Sequence record: DRR723986_1430
Reading direction: 5' to 3' (one strand)
DNA: 62,712 nt
How positions within the stretch are numbered: position 1 is the first letter of the stretch; each line of letters opens with the position of its first letter. Below the pieces are notes generated by a model. It was given only the letters and a program-made list of their open reading frames with translations. It was not told the origin of the DNA and ran no database searches. This document shows positions 10,040 through 20,376 of the stretch, piece after piece. Made by a program: the position numbers and the translations under genes.

Positions 10040-11929
10040 TCATGCGGCTTTGTTTTTCTTGATATAGCCCAACAATATGGTAATTGCTGCCGGCGTTACA
10101 CCTGCAATCCGGGCCGCGGCCCCCAGTGTGGTTGGCCGCGCCTTGATAAATTTTTCTCGAATTTCATTCGATAAACCAACCACTTTAGAGAAATCCAGCT
10201 CCTCCGGTATTTCCAGCGCTTCGTCTTTTCTAAACGCAACAACATCCTGATGCTGACGCTCCAAATACCCGTGATAGGTAGCGTCAATCTCAACTTGTCG
10301 CGCAATATCAGGGTCGACCGAGGACAACTCATCGGGCCAAATTGCAAGCAACCTCGTGAAATCAATTTCATTGAAACCTAAAAGCGTTACACCGCTGCGT
10401 CTAACGCCGTCTTGCGTTATTTTCATGCCGTGTTTGGCTGCCTGATTAGGCGTCAGCGAAAGCGCGGCTAAAGCCTTTTGTGCAGCATCAAGGGCGGCTT
10501 TTTTCTCTTGAAACAGCCCCAGCCGCTTATTTTTCACCAAACCAATAGCCGCGCCTTTTTCCGTTAAACGTTGGTCAGCGTTATCAGCGCGCAAGGTCAA
10601 CCTATATTCCGCCCTGCTCGTAAACATACGGTATGGCTCTCTCGTCCCTTGAGTAACAAGGTCATCGATCATAACGCCAATGTAGCCGTCAGCCCGGTCT
10701 AGGGTAAATGCTGTTTCACACCCAATTGACTTCAGGCCTGCGTTAGCGCCCGCCATCAACCCTTGCGCTGCCGCTTCCTCGTAACCTGTTGTACCGTTTA
10801 TTTGGCCTGCCAAATACAAGCCTTTTGCGCGCCGAGCCTCGAGAGTTGGGCGCAATTCACGGGGGTCAACAAAGTCGTACTCAATGGCATAACCAGGCTT
10901 GAGGATAACTGCGCTTTCAAGCCCTGGAATGGTTTTCATCATTGCGGCCTGAACCTCTTCTGGCAGGCTGGTGCTAATACCGTTTGGGTAAACCGTGTGA
11001 TCATCTAGGCCTTCAGGCTCCAGAAAAACCTGATGGCTACTTTTGTCAGCGAAACGCACAACCTTGTCTTCAATTGAAGGGCAATAACGGGGGCCATTGC
11101 TGTCAATTTGGCCAGAGTATATGGGGGCGCGGTGAAGGTTGTCCCGGATAATTGCGTGTGTTTCTTCGGTTGTTCTGGTTAGATAACAACTGATCTGCGG
11201 CACTTCTATTTCGTCGGTTAAAAACGAAAAAGGCACAGGTGGCTGGTCGCCAGGCTGCTCTATACACTGAGACCAATCAATTGTACGGCCATCCAGTCTT
11301 GCGGGCGTTCCGGTTTTAAGGCGGCCAAGCTCAAAGCCCAGCTTTTCAAGCGTTAAAGACAAGCCCATTGCAGGCGCTTCATCCACTCGACCGGCTGGAA
11401 TTTTCTTCTCACCAATATGGATAAGGCCGCGCAAAAAAGTACCTGTTGTTAAAATAACCGACTTGGCGGAAACCTGTTCACCGTCTGCCGTAATAATACC
11501 TGTGCAGGTTGGCTTAACCGCTTGGCCCTTTTGCTCTAACGGGCGGTCAAACAAAAGGTCTTCAACTGCGCCCGCTTTAATGGTGAGTTTGTTATAGGAG
11601 AATAAAACCTCCTGCATTTTTTCTCGGTACAACTTGCGATCAGACTGACAGCGCGGCCCCTGCACCGCAGGCCCCTTTCGCCGATTAAGCAAGCGAAACT
11701 GAATACCAGAAGCGTCGGCAACCACCCCCATAACACCATCAAGAGCATCAATTTCTCGCACCAAGTGGCCCTTGCCCAAGCCGCCAATCGCCGGATTGCA
11801 GGACATTTCACCGATGGTTTCAGGCTTGTGGGTTATCAACAGAGTGTTGGCGCCAACGCGCGCAGATGCAGCCGCTGCTTCGCAGCCTGCATGGCCTCCA
11901 CCAATTACAATGACATCAAAGTCTGCCAC
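10040..11929 (-). CDS. mnmG: tRNA U34 carboxymethylaminomethyl modification enzyme MnmG (GidA)
   Basis: [37 protein letters not shown] and [12 protein letters not shown]. Confidence 0.98.
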   Translation of the reverse strand: MADFDVIVIGGGHAGCEAAAASARVGANTLLITHKPETIGEMSCNPAIGGLGKGHLVREIDALDGVMGVVADASGIQFRLLNRRKGPAVQGPRCQSDRKLYREKMQEVLFSYNKLTIKAGAVEDLLFDRPLEQKGQAVKPTCTGIITADGEQVSAKSVILTTGTFLRGLIHIGEKKIPAGRVDEAPAMGLSLTLEKLGFELGRLKTGTPARLDGRTIDWSQCIEQPGDQPPVPFSFLTDEIEVPQISCYLTRTTEETHAIIRDNLHRAPIYSGQIDSNGPRYCPSIEDKVVRFADKSSHQVFLEPEGLDDHTVYPNGISTSLPEEVQAAMMKTIPGLESAVILKPGYAIEYDFVDPRELRPTLEARRAKGLYLAGQINGTTGYEEAAAQGLMAGANAGLKSIGCETAFTLDRADGYIGVMIDDLVTQGTREPYRMFTSRAEYRLTLRADNADQRLTEKGAAIGLVKNKRLGLFQEKKAALDAAQKALAALSLTPNQAAKHGMKITQDGVRRSGVTLLGFNEIDFTRLLAIWPDELSSVDPDIARQVEIDATYHGYLERQHQDVVAFRKDEALEIPEELDFSKVVGLSNEIREKFIKARPTTLGAAARIAGVTPAAITILLGYIKKNKAA

Positions 11930-12060
11930 TTTAAGCGCCTCACCTTTATCTTGAAACCAACTGGCTCTTGTGAGCTCATAAAAGGTCCATCCAACGAGGC
12001 ATCCATATATCTGTGAAAAGCGCTTAAGTCAAAATATGAAAGACTGTAAAATGCCCACAG

Positions 12061-12076
12061 TGTTCCACGTGAAACA
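12061..12076. promoter_or_regulatory. parS: parS site (TGTTCCACGTGAAACA)
   Basis: One mismatch to the palindrome; lies in the mnmE-mnmG intergenic region. Confidence 0.9.
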
Positions 12077-12106
12077 TCGTCGTTGATGTATTACATGAAG
12101 AAGGGC

Positions 12107-13477
12107 CTATTTTCCGATGCAGAAGTCAGAAAAGACGATATCAAGCATATCTTCAACACCAACGCGACCTGTTATACTGCCAATAGAACGAACCGCCATA
12201 CGAACATCTTCCGCTGCTAAAACAGCGTCTTGCCCGGCATTCTGTTGAAAACGCTTCAAATGGCCCACCGCGCTTTCAAGGGCTTTTTGATGGCGCAGCC
12301 GTGTTAGGGCTGGTGCCTCTCGTGGTGCCATGCGATCGGCAACAATGGCTTCAAGCTCCATTGTTAAAGCCTCCATGCAATTACCTGTCTTTGCAGAAAG
12401 CACCACCAAGCCCTTACAGCTCCCACCCAAATGTTCCACGTGAAACATTGCGCCAGTTTCTACCCGGTCACTCTGTGTAACAACAACCAGGCTATCTTTA
12501 TCAATCCAGCGCTGCATCGCTTCCGGCACGCTTGGCCAGTCATCCGCTCTTAGCAAAATAAGGCGGAAGTCTGCATCCTCCGCTTTTGCAAGCGCTCTGC
12601 GAATACCTTCTTGCTCAATCGCGCCGTCGCTTTCACGCACACCTGCGGTGTCTATCAACCGTACAGGAAAACCACCCAGGTCCAACTGAACCTCTATAGC
12701 ATCTCGTGTGGTGCCTGCTTCGTCAGATACGATAGCAACATCGGCGCGCGCGAGGGCGTTTAAGAGGGTTGATTTTCCCGTGTTAGGCTCGCCTAAAATG
12801 ACAACACGGAAACCATCACGCACCAACATGCCGCGCCTGCCTTCATCTATATGTTGTGATAGCTCAGTTTCAATACTCAAAATATTGGGGGCAACTGCAC
12901 CAGATATACCGTCGGGCAAATCTTCATCCGGAAAGTCAATGTCAGCTTCCAAGTGCGCTAAATGAGACAATAATTGACCGCGCCAACCATCGTATAACGT
13001 GCGCAATTCCCCGTCCATTTGCCGAAGGGCCTGTTCTCTTTGGGCTGTTGTTTGCGCATGGATAAGGTCGTTTAGGCCCTCTGCTTCCGTCAAGTCCAGT
13101 TTACCGTTATCAAACGCGCGGCGAGAAAACTCACCCGCTTCTGCGGGGCGAAGGCCTTCAACGCTTGACAGTGCCGCCAAGACACCTTCCACCACCGCCC
13201 GGCCGCCATGCAAATGAAGTTCAACCACGTCTTCACCGGTAAAACTTGCTGGAGCCGAAAAAACAATCACCAATGCTTGGTCAAGCTTTGCGCTGTTTAG
13301 AGGGTCAACAAGGGTGCGAAGTGCCGCATGTCTTGCAGCGGGCACTTTTCCGCCCGAAAGCATAGAAAGCGCCATAATCGCATTTGGACCAGAAAGACGA
13401 ACAACCGCAACCCCCGCCGTGCCATGGCCGCTGGAAAGCGCAAAAATAGTATCTGATAACGTCTGTGGTAGGGTCAT
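12107..13477 (-). CDS. mnmE: tRNA modification GTPase MnmE (TrmE)
   Basis: DTIFALSS, SFTGEDVVE, GEPNTGKSTL, GTTRD, DTAG and C-terminal FCIGK. Confidence 0.98.
   Translation of the reverse strand: MTLPQTLSDTIFALSSGHGTAGVAVVRLSGPNAIMALSMLSGGKVPAARHAALRTLVDPLNSAKLDQALVIVFSAPASFTGEDVVELHLHGGRAVVEGVLAALSSVEGLRPAEAGEFSRRAFDNGKLDLTEAEGLNDLIHAQTTAQREQALRQMDGELRTLYDGWRGQLLSHLAHLEADIDFPDEDLPDGISGAVAPNILSIETELSQHIDEGRRGMLVRDGFRVVILGEPNTGKSTLLNALARADVAIVSDEAGTTRDAIEVQLDLGGFPVRLIDTAGVRESDGAIEQEGIRRALAKAEDADFRLILLRADDWPSVPEAMQRWIDKDSLVVVTQSDRVETGAMFHVEHLGGSCKGLVVLSAKTGNCMEALTMELEAIVADRMAPREAPALTRLRHQKALESAVGHLKRFQQNAGQDAVLAAEDVRMAVRSIGSITGRVGVEDMLDIVFSDFCIGK
12432..12447. promoter_or_regulatory. parS: parS site (TGTTCCACGTGAAACA) within mnmE
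   Basis: Same 16-mer as at 12061; encodes MFHVEH in a variable loop of MnmE. Confidence 0.88.
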
Positions 13478-13653
13478 GGTGTTTGTTCAAACATTGTAAT
13501 AAGTGTTTGTGATTACTTGCTATTATACTCTTTATAGAATGACTTTAAAATTACACGCATAGCAAATTGCTTTCGCTTCCTCGCTGCTTTGTGGCACATT
13601 AGCAAAGCTAGGCGCAACCATCATACATAAACGACCCCTGTTCTAGGAAAACC

Positions 13654-14148
13654 ATGTTCCAGCTTTCAATGCATACACCTGTTATTGATATCACTGTATC
13701 AGAGCTGGAAGGCGCCATCATCGCCCTAGATTGGGGCTGGAGCCCATTTCAGCAACCTTCTCCGCTACTGGTTGAGGCCAAGCGGCAACTGGATGCATAT
13801 TTTGATGGTGACTTAACCACATTCGACCTACCCCTGAACCCTATGGGTACCAAACACCAAGAAAAAGTATGGCGTGCCATGACAGAAATACCTTACGGAG
13901 AAACGGTAACATATGGGGATATGGCAAAAGATATTGGCTCAGCTGCACAAGCTGTTGGCGGCGCCTGCGGCAGAAACCCCATCCCCATTCTCATACCCTG
14001 TCACCGCGTGATGGCACGCGCGAGAAAAATGGGTGGCTATTCAGGCGACGGCGGGCTTTACACCAAACGCGCCCTGCTGGTGCTTGAGGGTGCGCTTTCA
14101 ATTGAAGAGGGTTTTGCGCTGGAACGCAGCGGTGCACTTGATATGTAA
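13654..14148 (+). CDS. ogt: Methylated-DNA--protein-cysteine S-methyltransferase
   Basis: IPYGETVTYG, AQAVGGACGRNP and the PCHRV active-site motif. Confidence 0.92.
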   Translation: MFQLSMHTPVIDITVSELEGAIIALDWGWSPFQQPSPLLVEAKRQLDAYFDGDLTTFDLPLNPMGTKHQEKVWRAMTEIPYGETVTYGDMAKDIGSAAQAVGGACGRNPIPILIPCHRVMARARKMGGYSGDGGLYTKRALLVLEGALSIEEGFALERSGALDM

Positions 14149-14203
14149 CATGCAACACCGAACAGGCCGCGATAAACTGCCATGCATCTGAAAGGCATAT
14201 AAA

Positions 14204-15904
14204 ATGAAATTGATACTCCAGACTCTCATCGTTCTATCCTTTTTGACCAGCTCAGCAATCCAGGCAGACACCGGCATAAAGGTGATCAAAACCTATAAGG
14301 TGGGCGCGGCACCACATGGCATGCGACCAGTTGACAGCACAGTCTGGGTCGCGCTTTCAGGTGAAGATGCTATTGTGCGTATCAACCTCCAAAACGGCAA
14401 CGAGGTATCGCGCTGGCCGGTCTCGGGCACCCCTCTCGATATTGTTCGCAGCAACAATGGTTGGCTTGTTTCAACATTTGGTGGTGAAGATCTTATTGAG
14501 CTTCATGGATTAACGGGCAAAGAAGTTTCCCGTTGGCATGTTGGCAAAAGTCCAAGCTTGTTCACAGAAAACCCTCGACACGAATCTCTTTCGACCACTG
14601 GTTTTATCTATATACCCAGCGAGTTTTCTGATCGACTCACCGTTTTTGATGGCATAACAAACCAAATTGTTAAAAGCTATAAAACAGGCTCCAGACCATA
14701 CCCGGTAGATGTAACATATGATGGTGTGTTGGCCTTTGTGCCTAACCGCGACGATAATAGCGTTTCTGTTATTGATCTGCTTAATGAAAAAGAGGTTGCC
14801 AAAACGGCCGTTTGCAAATCTCCGGAGGGTGGTGCGCTCGTAGAGGGCGAAAATATCTATATGGTTGCCTGCGGCGGTTCAGATGAGATTGCCCTTATCA
14901 ATACAGCTTCGTTTGAGGTAATCGATACCATTAAAGACGGTATTGGCAAACGGCCTTTTTCTGTCTTGGAAAATACTGATGGCCGATATGCGTTTGTTAA
15001 TAACGCCGGAGGCGATACGATTTCAGTTATCGATATTGCCAAGCGTAAAGTGGTGGATGAAATCAAGGTAGGCAAACAACCAATTGTTATGCGGGTTGAG
15101 TATAACCGGTTTTTTGATTCTAACGAAAAGCTTTTTGTTTCCAACGAAGTAAGTGGCACACTGTCGGTTCTGGAGATACCGAAAGCACCGAAAGCGCCGA
15201 TTGGAACTGCAAAAAATGAAGTGGTTGTGCTGGGCATGATCCATGGCAGGCACAACAACAGCAAAACCTACGGTCTGCCATACCTAACCCGCGTTTTTGA
15301 AGCCGTAAACCCAGACATAGTGTTGGTGGAAATTCCACCAAACCGCATGGAGGCCACAATGAAGGGTTTTCACGAAACCGGCGAAATTACCGAGACGCGC
15401 GCCAAACGTTTCCCGGAATATGTCGGCGCACTATTTCCGCTTTCCACCCGTATGAACTTTGAAATGATTGGCACCGCAGGCTGGAACAGCCATATGGATG
15501 AATATAGAAGAAAAGCACTACTTCGTATTGAAAACGACCCTACGCGTGCAGAACAATGGTCAGAGCATGAAGAAAGGCTAGCCCACGTCGCTAAACTGCG
15601 AGAAGGCCTGGAGGAAGACCCCTATTATATTAATAGTGATACATATGACACTGACACCAGAACACAACTAGAGGCCTACCAGTGGTATTTTGAAGATGAC
15701 CTTGGCACAGGCGGTTGGGAAACAATAAATGGGGCTCATTATGGGCATATTGCAAATGCACTGGACCAACTGAAAGGCCAGGGCAAACGCATTATGATAA
15801 CTTACGGTGCCGGCCATAAATACTGGTTTTTAGAGCAACTGCAAATGCGGGATGACATTACCCTGCTTGACCCACACCAATTTCTGGATGCGGCAAAGGA
15901 ATAA
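14204..15904 (+). CDS. Secreted YVTN/YncE-type beta-propeller fused to a TraB/TIKI(EreA/ChaN-fold)-like C-terminal domain
   Basis: Signal peptide ending AIQA-D. Repeats of the type VGAAPHGM, TGSRPYPV, FVPNRDDNSVSVID and FVNNAGGDTISVID. After a PKAPKAP linker: VVLGMIH...PDIVLVE...ITYGAGH. Confidence 0.72.
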   Translation: MKLILQTLIVLSFLTSSAIQADTGIKVIKTYKVGAAPHGMRPVDSTVWVALSGEDAIVRINLQNGNEVSRWPVSGTPLDIVRSNNGWLVSTFGGEDLIELHGLTGKEVSRWHVGKSPSLFTENPRHESLSTTGFIYIPSEFSDRLTVFDGITNQIVKSYKTGSRPYPVDVTYDGVLAFVPNRDDNSVSVIDLLNEKEVAKTAVCKSPEGGALVEGENIYMVACGGSDEIALINTASFEVIDTIKDGIGKRPFSVLENTDGRYAFVNNAGGDTISVIDIAKRKVVDEIKVGKQPIVMRVEYNRFFDSNEKLFVSNEVSGTLSVLEIPKAPKAPIGTAKNEVVVLGMIHGRHNNSKTYGLPYLTRVFEAVNPDIVLVEIPPNRMEATMKGFHETGEITETRAKRFPEYVGALFPLSTRMNFEMIGTAGWNSHMDEYRRKALLRIENDPTRAEQWSEHEERLAHVAKLREGLEEDPYYINSDTYDTDTRTQLEAYQWYFEDDLGTGGWETINGAHYGHIANALDQLKGQGKRIMITYGAGHKYWFLEQLQMRDDITLLDPHQFLDAAKE

Positions 15905-15905
15905 A

Positions 15906-15929
15906 AAGGCCCGCTAAAAAGCAGGCCTT
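15906..15929. terminator. Probable bidirectional terminator between convergent genes
   Basis: Imperfect stem AAGGCCCGCT-AAAA-AGCAGGCCTT, with an A-run on the left that gives a U-tail for the rho transcript. Confidence 0.55.
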
Positions 15930-15954
15930 CCTGATCTTTAAAATTAACGCTCAA

Positions 15955-17211
15955 TCAGTTGTTCATCTGATTGAAAAAATCTTCGTTATTTTTGCTGTCT
16001 TTAAGCTTGGCAAGCAGGAACTCCATCGCATCCACTGTGCCCATTGGTGTGAGGATACGGCGCAGCACCCACATTTTGGACAGGGTTCCTGGGTCTACCA
16101 GCAGCTCTTCTTTCCGGGTGCCGGACTTGAGAATATCAATGGCCGGGAATACGCGCTTATCCGCAACTTTGCGGTCGAGAATAATTTCACTGTTACCTGT
16201 ACCTTTGAATTCCTCAAAGATCACCTCATCCATCCGGCTACCGGTTTCGATAAGCGCGGTTGCGATGATGGAAAGCGAACCACCTTCCTCAATGTTACGG
16301 GCCGCACCAAAGAAACGCTTGGGTCGTTGCAAGGCGTTGGCATCCACACCACCGGTAAGAACCTTACCAGAAGACGGCACCACCGTATTGTAAGCGCGTG
16401 CCAGACGAGTGATGCTATCCAGCAATATCACCACATCCTTGCCGTGCTCAACAAGGCGCTTGGCCTTTTCAATCACCATTTCAGAAACCTGAACGTGGCG
16501 CGAAGCCGGCTCGTCGAAAGTGGAAGACACAACCTCGCCCTTCACGCTGCGCTGCATGTCTGTCACCTCTTCGGGGCGTTCATCGATAAGCAGCACGATC
16601 ACATAACACTCAGGATGGTTGGCTGTGATGCTTTTGGCAATATTTTGCAAGAGTACTGTTTTACCAGTGCGCGGCGGCGCCACAATAAGCGCCCGCTGCC
16701 CCTTACCAACTGGGGCTACAAGATCAATTACCCGAGGGGATTTGTCTTTAACGGTTGGGTCATCCGGATCCAGCTTTAATTTTTCATCTGGGTAAAGCGG
16801 GGTTAGGTTATCAAAGTGAACTTTATGCTTGGTTTTGTCTGGCGCATCGAAATTGATCGCTGACACTTTCAACAAGGCGAAATACCGCTCCCCATCTTTG
16901 GGCGCACGAATTTGACCTTCAACTGTGTCACCTGTTCTGAGGGCAAAGCGCCTGATCTGGCTCGGGCTGATATAAATATCATCCGGACCAGGCAAATAAT
17001 TTGATTCAGGGCTTCGTAGAAAGCCAAAGCCATCGGACAATATTTCAATAACACCGGCTCCGGAAATTTCCACATCATCCTCGGCAAGTTGTTTGAGGAT
17101 TGCAAACATCATGTCTTGCTTGCGCATGCTGCTCGCGTTTTCAACGCCAACCTCTTCCGCTAGGGATAATAGGTCTGCTGGGGATTTTTCTTTAAGATCC
17201 TGTAAATGCAT
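15955..17211 (-). CDS. rho: Transcription termination factor Rho
   Basis: [39 protein letters not shown] and FEEFKGTGN; 418 aa from the ATG of MHLQDLK. Confidence 0.98.
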   Translation of the reverse strand: MHLQDLKEKSPADLLSLAEEVGVENASSMRKQDMMFAILKQLAEDDVEISGAGVIEILSDGFGFLRSPESNYLPGPDDIYISPSQIRRFALRTGDTVEGQIRAPKDGERYFALLKVSAINFDAPDKTKHKVHFDNLTPLYPDEKLKLDPDDPTVKDKSPRVIDLVAPVGKGQRALIVAPPRTGKTVLLQNIAKSITANHPECYVIVLLIDERPEEVTDMQRSVKGEVVSSTFDEPASRHVQVSEMVIEKAKRLVEHGKDVVILLDSITRLARAYNTVVPSSGKVLTGGVDANALQRPKRFFGAARNIEEGGSLSIIATALIETGSRMDEVIFEEFKGTGNSEIILDRKVADKRVFPAIDILKSGTRKEELLVDPGTLSKMWVLRRILTPMGTVDAMEFLLAKLKDSKNNEDFFNQMNN

Positions 17212-17530
17212 GGGACCGACCAAACTCTTTTCTTAATGTGATAATCAGGGTGGATAGGTGGATTTAGAATCCTGATGGGTTTGAAAATGCGCCAGAAACG
17301 GCGTAATTAGATAGGTATGGCTTCTTTATAAGAACCGCCTTAAGCGATTGGCATCTGCCTAACGAATTATTCCTGTATGTTTGTCTTGTTTTATTAGACT
17401 AAAATAAGGGAATTTTGTGACGCGCTGAAGGAAACTTCAGCCAACTCAAAGCTATCACCTATTAGATTCGTGTCAAGCAATATGCCTTATACTAAAGGTT
17501 TAAGCGGCTTTGGGCGACCGTTTAATGGGT

Positions 17531-17974
17531 TTAGAAAGGTTTTACAACCACTAAAATGACAACAGTAATAATAATAACAGCAGGTACTTCATTAATCAGT
17601 CGGTAAAATTTTTCAGACTTTACCCGTAAACCAGCTGCAAAAGCCTTGGCCTGACGCGACAGAAAAATATGAAACCCTAACAAAATGAAAACTAATAAAA
17701 GCTTAGTATGCAACCAGCCACCAGCTGCCATGCCCACGTGAACAACCAGCATTAAACCCAGTACCCAGGCAATCATCATTGCTGGGTTCATAATAATCTT
17801 TTTTAATCGCGCCTCGCGCTCAATCCAGCGATTGTCTTCATCACTGCCGGGCTCATAGCTTGCGTGATAGGCAAAGAAACGCGGCATCATAAACAAGCCA
17901 GCCATCCAGAATATAACGAAAATTAAATGCAGGGCCTTCACCCACAAATACGCGCCGCCAAGAAAGCCTTCCAT
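17531..17974 (-). CDS. hemJ: Protoporphyrinogen IX oxidase HemJ
   Basis: WVKALHLIFVIFWMAGL, IMNPAM and NEVP...VVVKPF; follows hemE. Confidence 0.92.
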   Translation of the reverse strand: MEGFLGGAYLWVKALHLIFVIFWMAGLFMMPRFFAYHASYEPGSDEDNRWIEREARLKKIIMNPAMMIAWVLGLMLVVHVGMAAGGWLHTKLLLVFILLGFHIFLSRQAKAFAAGLRVKSEKFYRLINEVPAVIIITVVILVVVKPF

Positions 17975-18010
17975 TATTAATTTTCCTTATAAACCACTGT
18001 AATATATATA

Positions 18011-19042
18011 TTATCGACGATACTTTTTAATGGTATCAGACAATAAACCAACATTTTCTGGTGGCGTTTGTGGCACAAAGCCGTGACCAAGATTAAAAAT
18101 ATGAGGCCCATTTTTCAGCGCATCCAAAACCCGAAGCGTTTCATCAACCATTGGCTGGCCGCCACTCACTACCAAATGCGGGTCAATGTTACCTTGCACA
18201 CATACTTTGCTTTGTAGTTCACTTGCTGCCCAATCAAGCGGAATACCCGTATCAAGCGAAACAGCATCAACGCCGGTTTCAGTAATGAATCGCGCATATT
18301 GAAGACCAGCCAAACGAGGGAAACCAATAATAGGTGTTTCTGGGTGTTTTGCCCGCACTTTATCAACAATTGCTTTGGTTGGTCGGATAACCCAGTCATC
18401 AAAAACAGATTCAGGTAAAGCCGCAGCCCAACTGTCAAATATCTGAACTGCATCGGCTCCAGCTTCAATTTGTTTACACAAATACTGTGCCGTAGCTTCC
18501 ACCAACAAATCCATAATGCGGCTAAATAATGCGGGGTCACCGTACCCCATTTGGCGCGCAGCGGCGTGGTCTTTACTGCCAGCACCTTCAATCATATAGG
18601 TGGCTACAGTCCAGGGCGCACCAGCAAAACCAAGCAGTGTGGTTTCTGCAGGTAACATATGTTTTAAATTGGCAACTGTTTGATAAACATTGCCCACCTT
18701 ATCGTGAAAATTAGCTAAGGATAGTTGATCAACATCAGCAGAATTTTGCACAGGCGTTAATTTGGGCCCAGACCCGGCTTCAAACCAGACATTTTGCCCA
18801 AGGCCGTCTGGTACAACTAATATATCAGCAAATAAAATTGCCCCGTCCATACCGTATCGGCGAATTGGTTGCAGGGTAACTTCTGCAGCTTTGTCGGGGC
18901 TATAACAGAAATCCATGAAAGACTTTGTTGTTGCCCTAACTTCACGGTATTCCGGTAGATAACGCCCTGCTTGACGCATAAACCAGAAGGGTACCCGCTC
19001 GCCTGGGTTCCCTTTCAACGTTTCCAGTAATATTTTGCTCAT
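18011..19042 (-). CDS. hemE: Uroporphyrinogen decarboxylase
   Basis: PFWFMRQAGRYLPEYR, LFADIL, GFAGAPWT and FNLGHG. An alternative ATG lies at 19066. Confidence 0.97.
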   Translation of the reverse strand: MSKILLETLKGNPGERVPFWFMRQAGRYLPEYREVRATTKSFMDFCYSPDKAAEVTLQPIRRYGMDGAILFADILVVPDGLGQNVWFEAGSGPKLTPVQNSADVDQLSLANFHDKVGNVYQTVANLKHMLPAETTLLGFAGAPWTVATYMIEGAGSKDHAAARQMGYGDPALFSRIMDLLVEATAQYLCKQIEAGADAVQIFDSWAAALPESVFDDWVIRPTKAIVDKVRAKHPETPIIGFPRLAGLQYARFITETGVDAVSLDTGIPLDWAASELQSKVCVQGNIDPHLVVSGGQPMVDETLRVLDALKNGPHIFNLGHGFVPQTPPENVGLLSDTIKKYRR

Positions 19043-19066
19043 TATAGCTTTGCCTATTGCTGACAT

Positions 19067-19480
19067 TCTAAATAGTAGAACGAACGATATTATATGTAAT
19101 TCAATCTAATTATCGCACTACTCTACACTTAAATAATATATATAAAAAAGGTGATTGTAATAGTGGAACCCTGTGAACTATGGGGATAACTGGTTATCCA
19201 CAATTTTATCCTCATATCACCATAAAAAGGTTGTAGCGATTTAGTAAGTAAACTTCAGGAATAAGATAGAAACATGCCTTTTTTATTCATGCAAGTTTAT
19301 GTGTGTGGAAAAGATTCATAACTTCAATAAAAACCAGATTCCAATTTGGGTATAAAAATCATACCGTGTTTATGCATTCAGTTTTCATTAGGGTTATACA
19401 GAGGGTTATCCCCATCCCCTAGAACGACTCGTAAACCTTTACTTTGGTATAAATATTAAACGCTTAAAGGGCTCACTTTT
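19067..19480. other. oriC: Chromosomal replication origin oriC
   Basis: AT-rich gap between hemE and DUF299, the canonical alphaproteobacterial ori position. Perfect DnaA box TTATCCACA at 19194-19202, near-matches at 19181-19189 (reverse), 19206-19214, 19304-19312 (reverse) and 19406-19414. AT-rich tract at about 19085-19150. The + strand looks C/A-rich to the left and G/T-rich to the right (by eye). Confidence 0.9.
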
Positions 19481-20365
19481 ATGAAGTTTGATCATATGGA
19501 AACGATCAGAAACGGTGATTATCACCTACATTTGGTTTCTGACTCTACCGGTGAAACCCTTGAAGCTATTGTATCTGCTGCTTTGGTTCAATTTGAGGGG
19601 GTTGATGTTCACAAGCATTATTGGCCCTTGGTGCGTACAGCCACCCAAATGAGCCGTTTGATGGAAGACATCAAAGAAAACCCCGGTCTTATTATGTATA
19701 CGTTGGTTAATCAGGAAATACGCCAGGTTCTTGACCAGGAATGCCGTGCAGCAAATTTGCCGGTGTTACCAATTTTAGACCCGGTTATTAATTTGCTGGG
19801 GTCATATTTCGGGGTTCAGGCATCACATAAGCCGGGGCGTCAGCATTCAATGGATGGAGATTATTTTGAACGCATTGATGCTTTGCAGTTTTCTATGGCG
19901 CATGATGATGGCCAATTAATTGAAGATTTGCCGCAATCAGACATTGTTCTAATTGGGGTATCGCGGTCATCCAAAACACCAACCAGCATCTATCTGGCGA
20001 ACAAAGGTTATAAAACCATGAATGTGCCATTTGTGCCTAATGTTCCTATGCCGCCACTTCTGGATGTCTTGCGTGATAAATTTGTTATTGGTCTGACCAC
20101 AAGTCCTGAAAGACTCTCTCAAATTCGCACCAATCGGCTTCGATCTATCAATGAAGACGAAGATGGAAGCTATACGAACTTGGAACAGATTCAGGACGAA
20201 ATTAAACAATGTCGGCGGTATTGCACCGACCGTGGCTGGCAAACAATTGATGTAACAAGGCGCTCGATTGAAGAAAGTGCGGCGGCCATTTTAAATCGTT
20301 ACAACCAATGGATGGATGCGCGCGGTATAAAAAAATCCTCGATAGATAACTCGATAGATCATTAA
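19481..20365 (+). CDS. Pyruvate phosphate/water dikinase regulatory protein (DUF299 kinase/pyrophosphorylase)
   Basis: HLVSDSTGET, HDDG, GVSRSSKTPTSIYLA and IDVTRRSIEE. Confidence 0.93.
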   Translation: MKFDHMETIRNGDYHLHLVSDSTGETLEAIVSAALVQFEGVDVHKHYWPLVRTATQMSRLMEDIKENPGLIMYTLVNQEIRQVLDQECRAANLPVLPILDPVINLLGSYFGVQASHKPGRQHSMDGDYFERIDALQFSMAHDDGQLIEDLPQSDIVLIGVSRSSKTPTSIYLANKGYKTMNVPFVPNVPMPPLLDVLRDKFVIGLTTSPERLSQIRTNRLRSINEDEDGSYTNLEQIQDEIKQCRRYCTDRGWQTIDVTRRSIEESAAAILNRYNQWMDARGIKKSSIDNSIDH

Positions 20366-20376
20366 GGAATGGTTCA

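Noticed and set aside
13485..13499. GTTC-N7-GTAA as a LexA box for ogt
   Set aside because: Two mismatches, and it lies at the mnmE ribosome-binding region about 155 bp from ogt.
19456..19467. TTAA-ACGC-TTAA as a CtrA site in oriC
   Set aside because: The spacer is 4 nt rather than 7.
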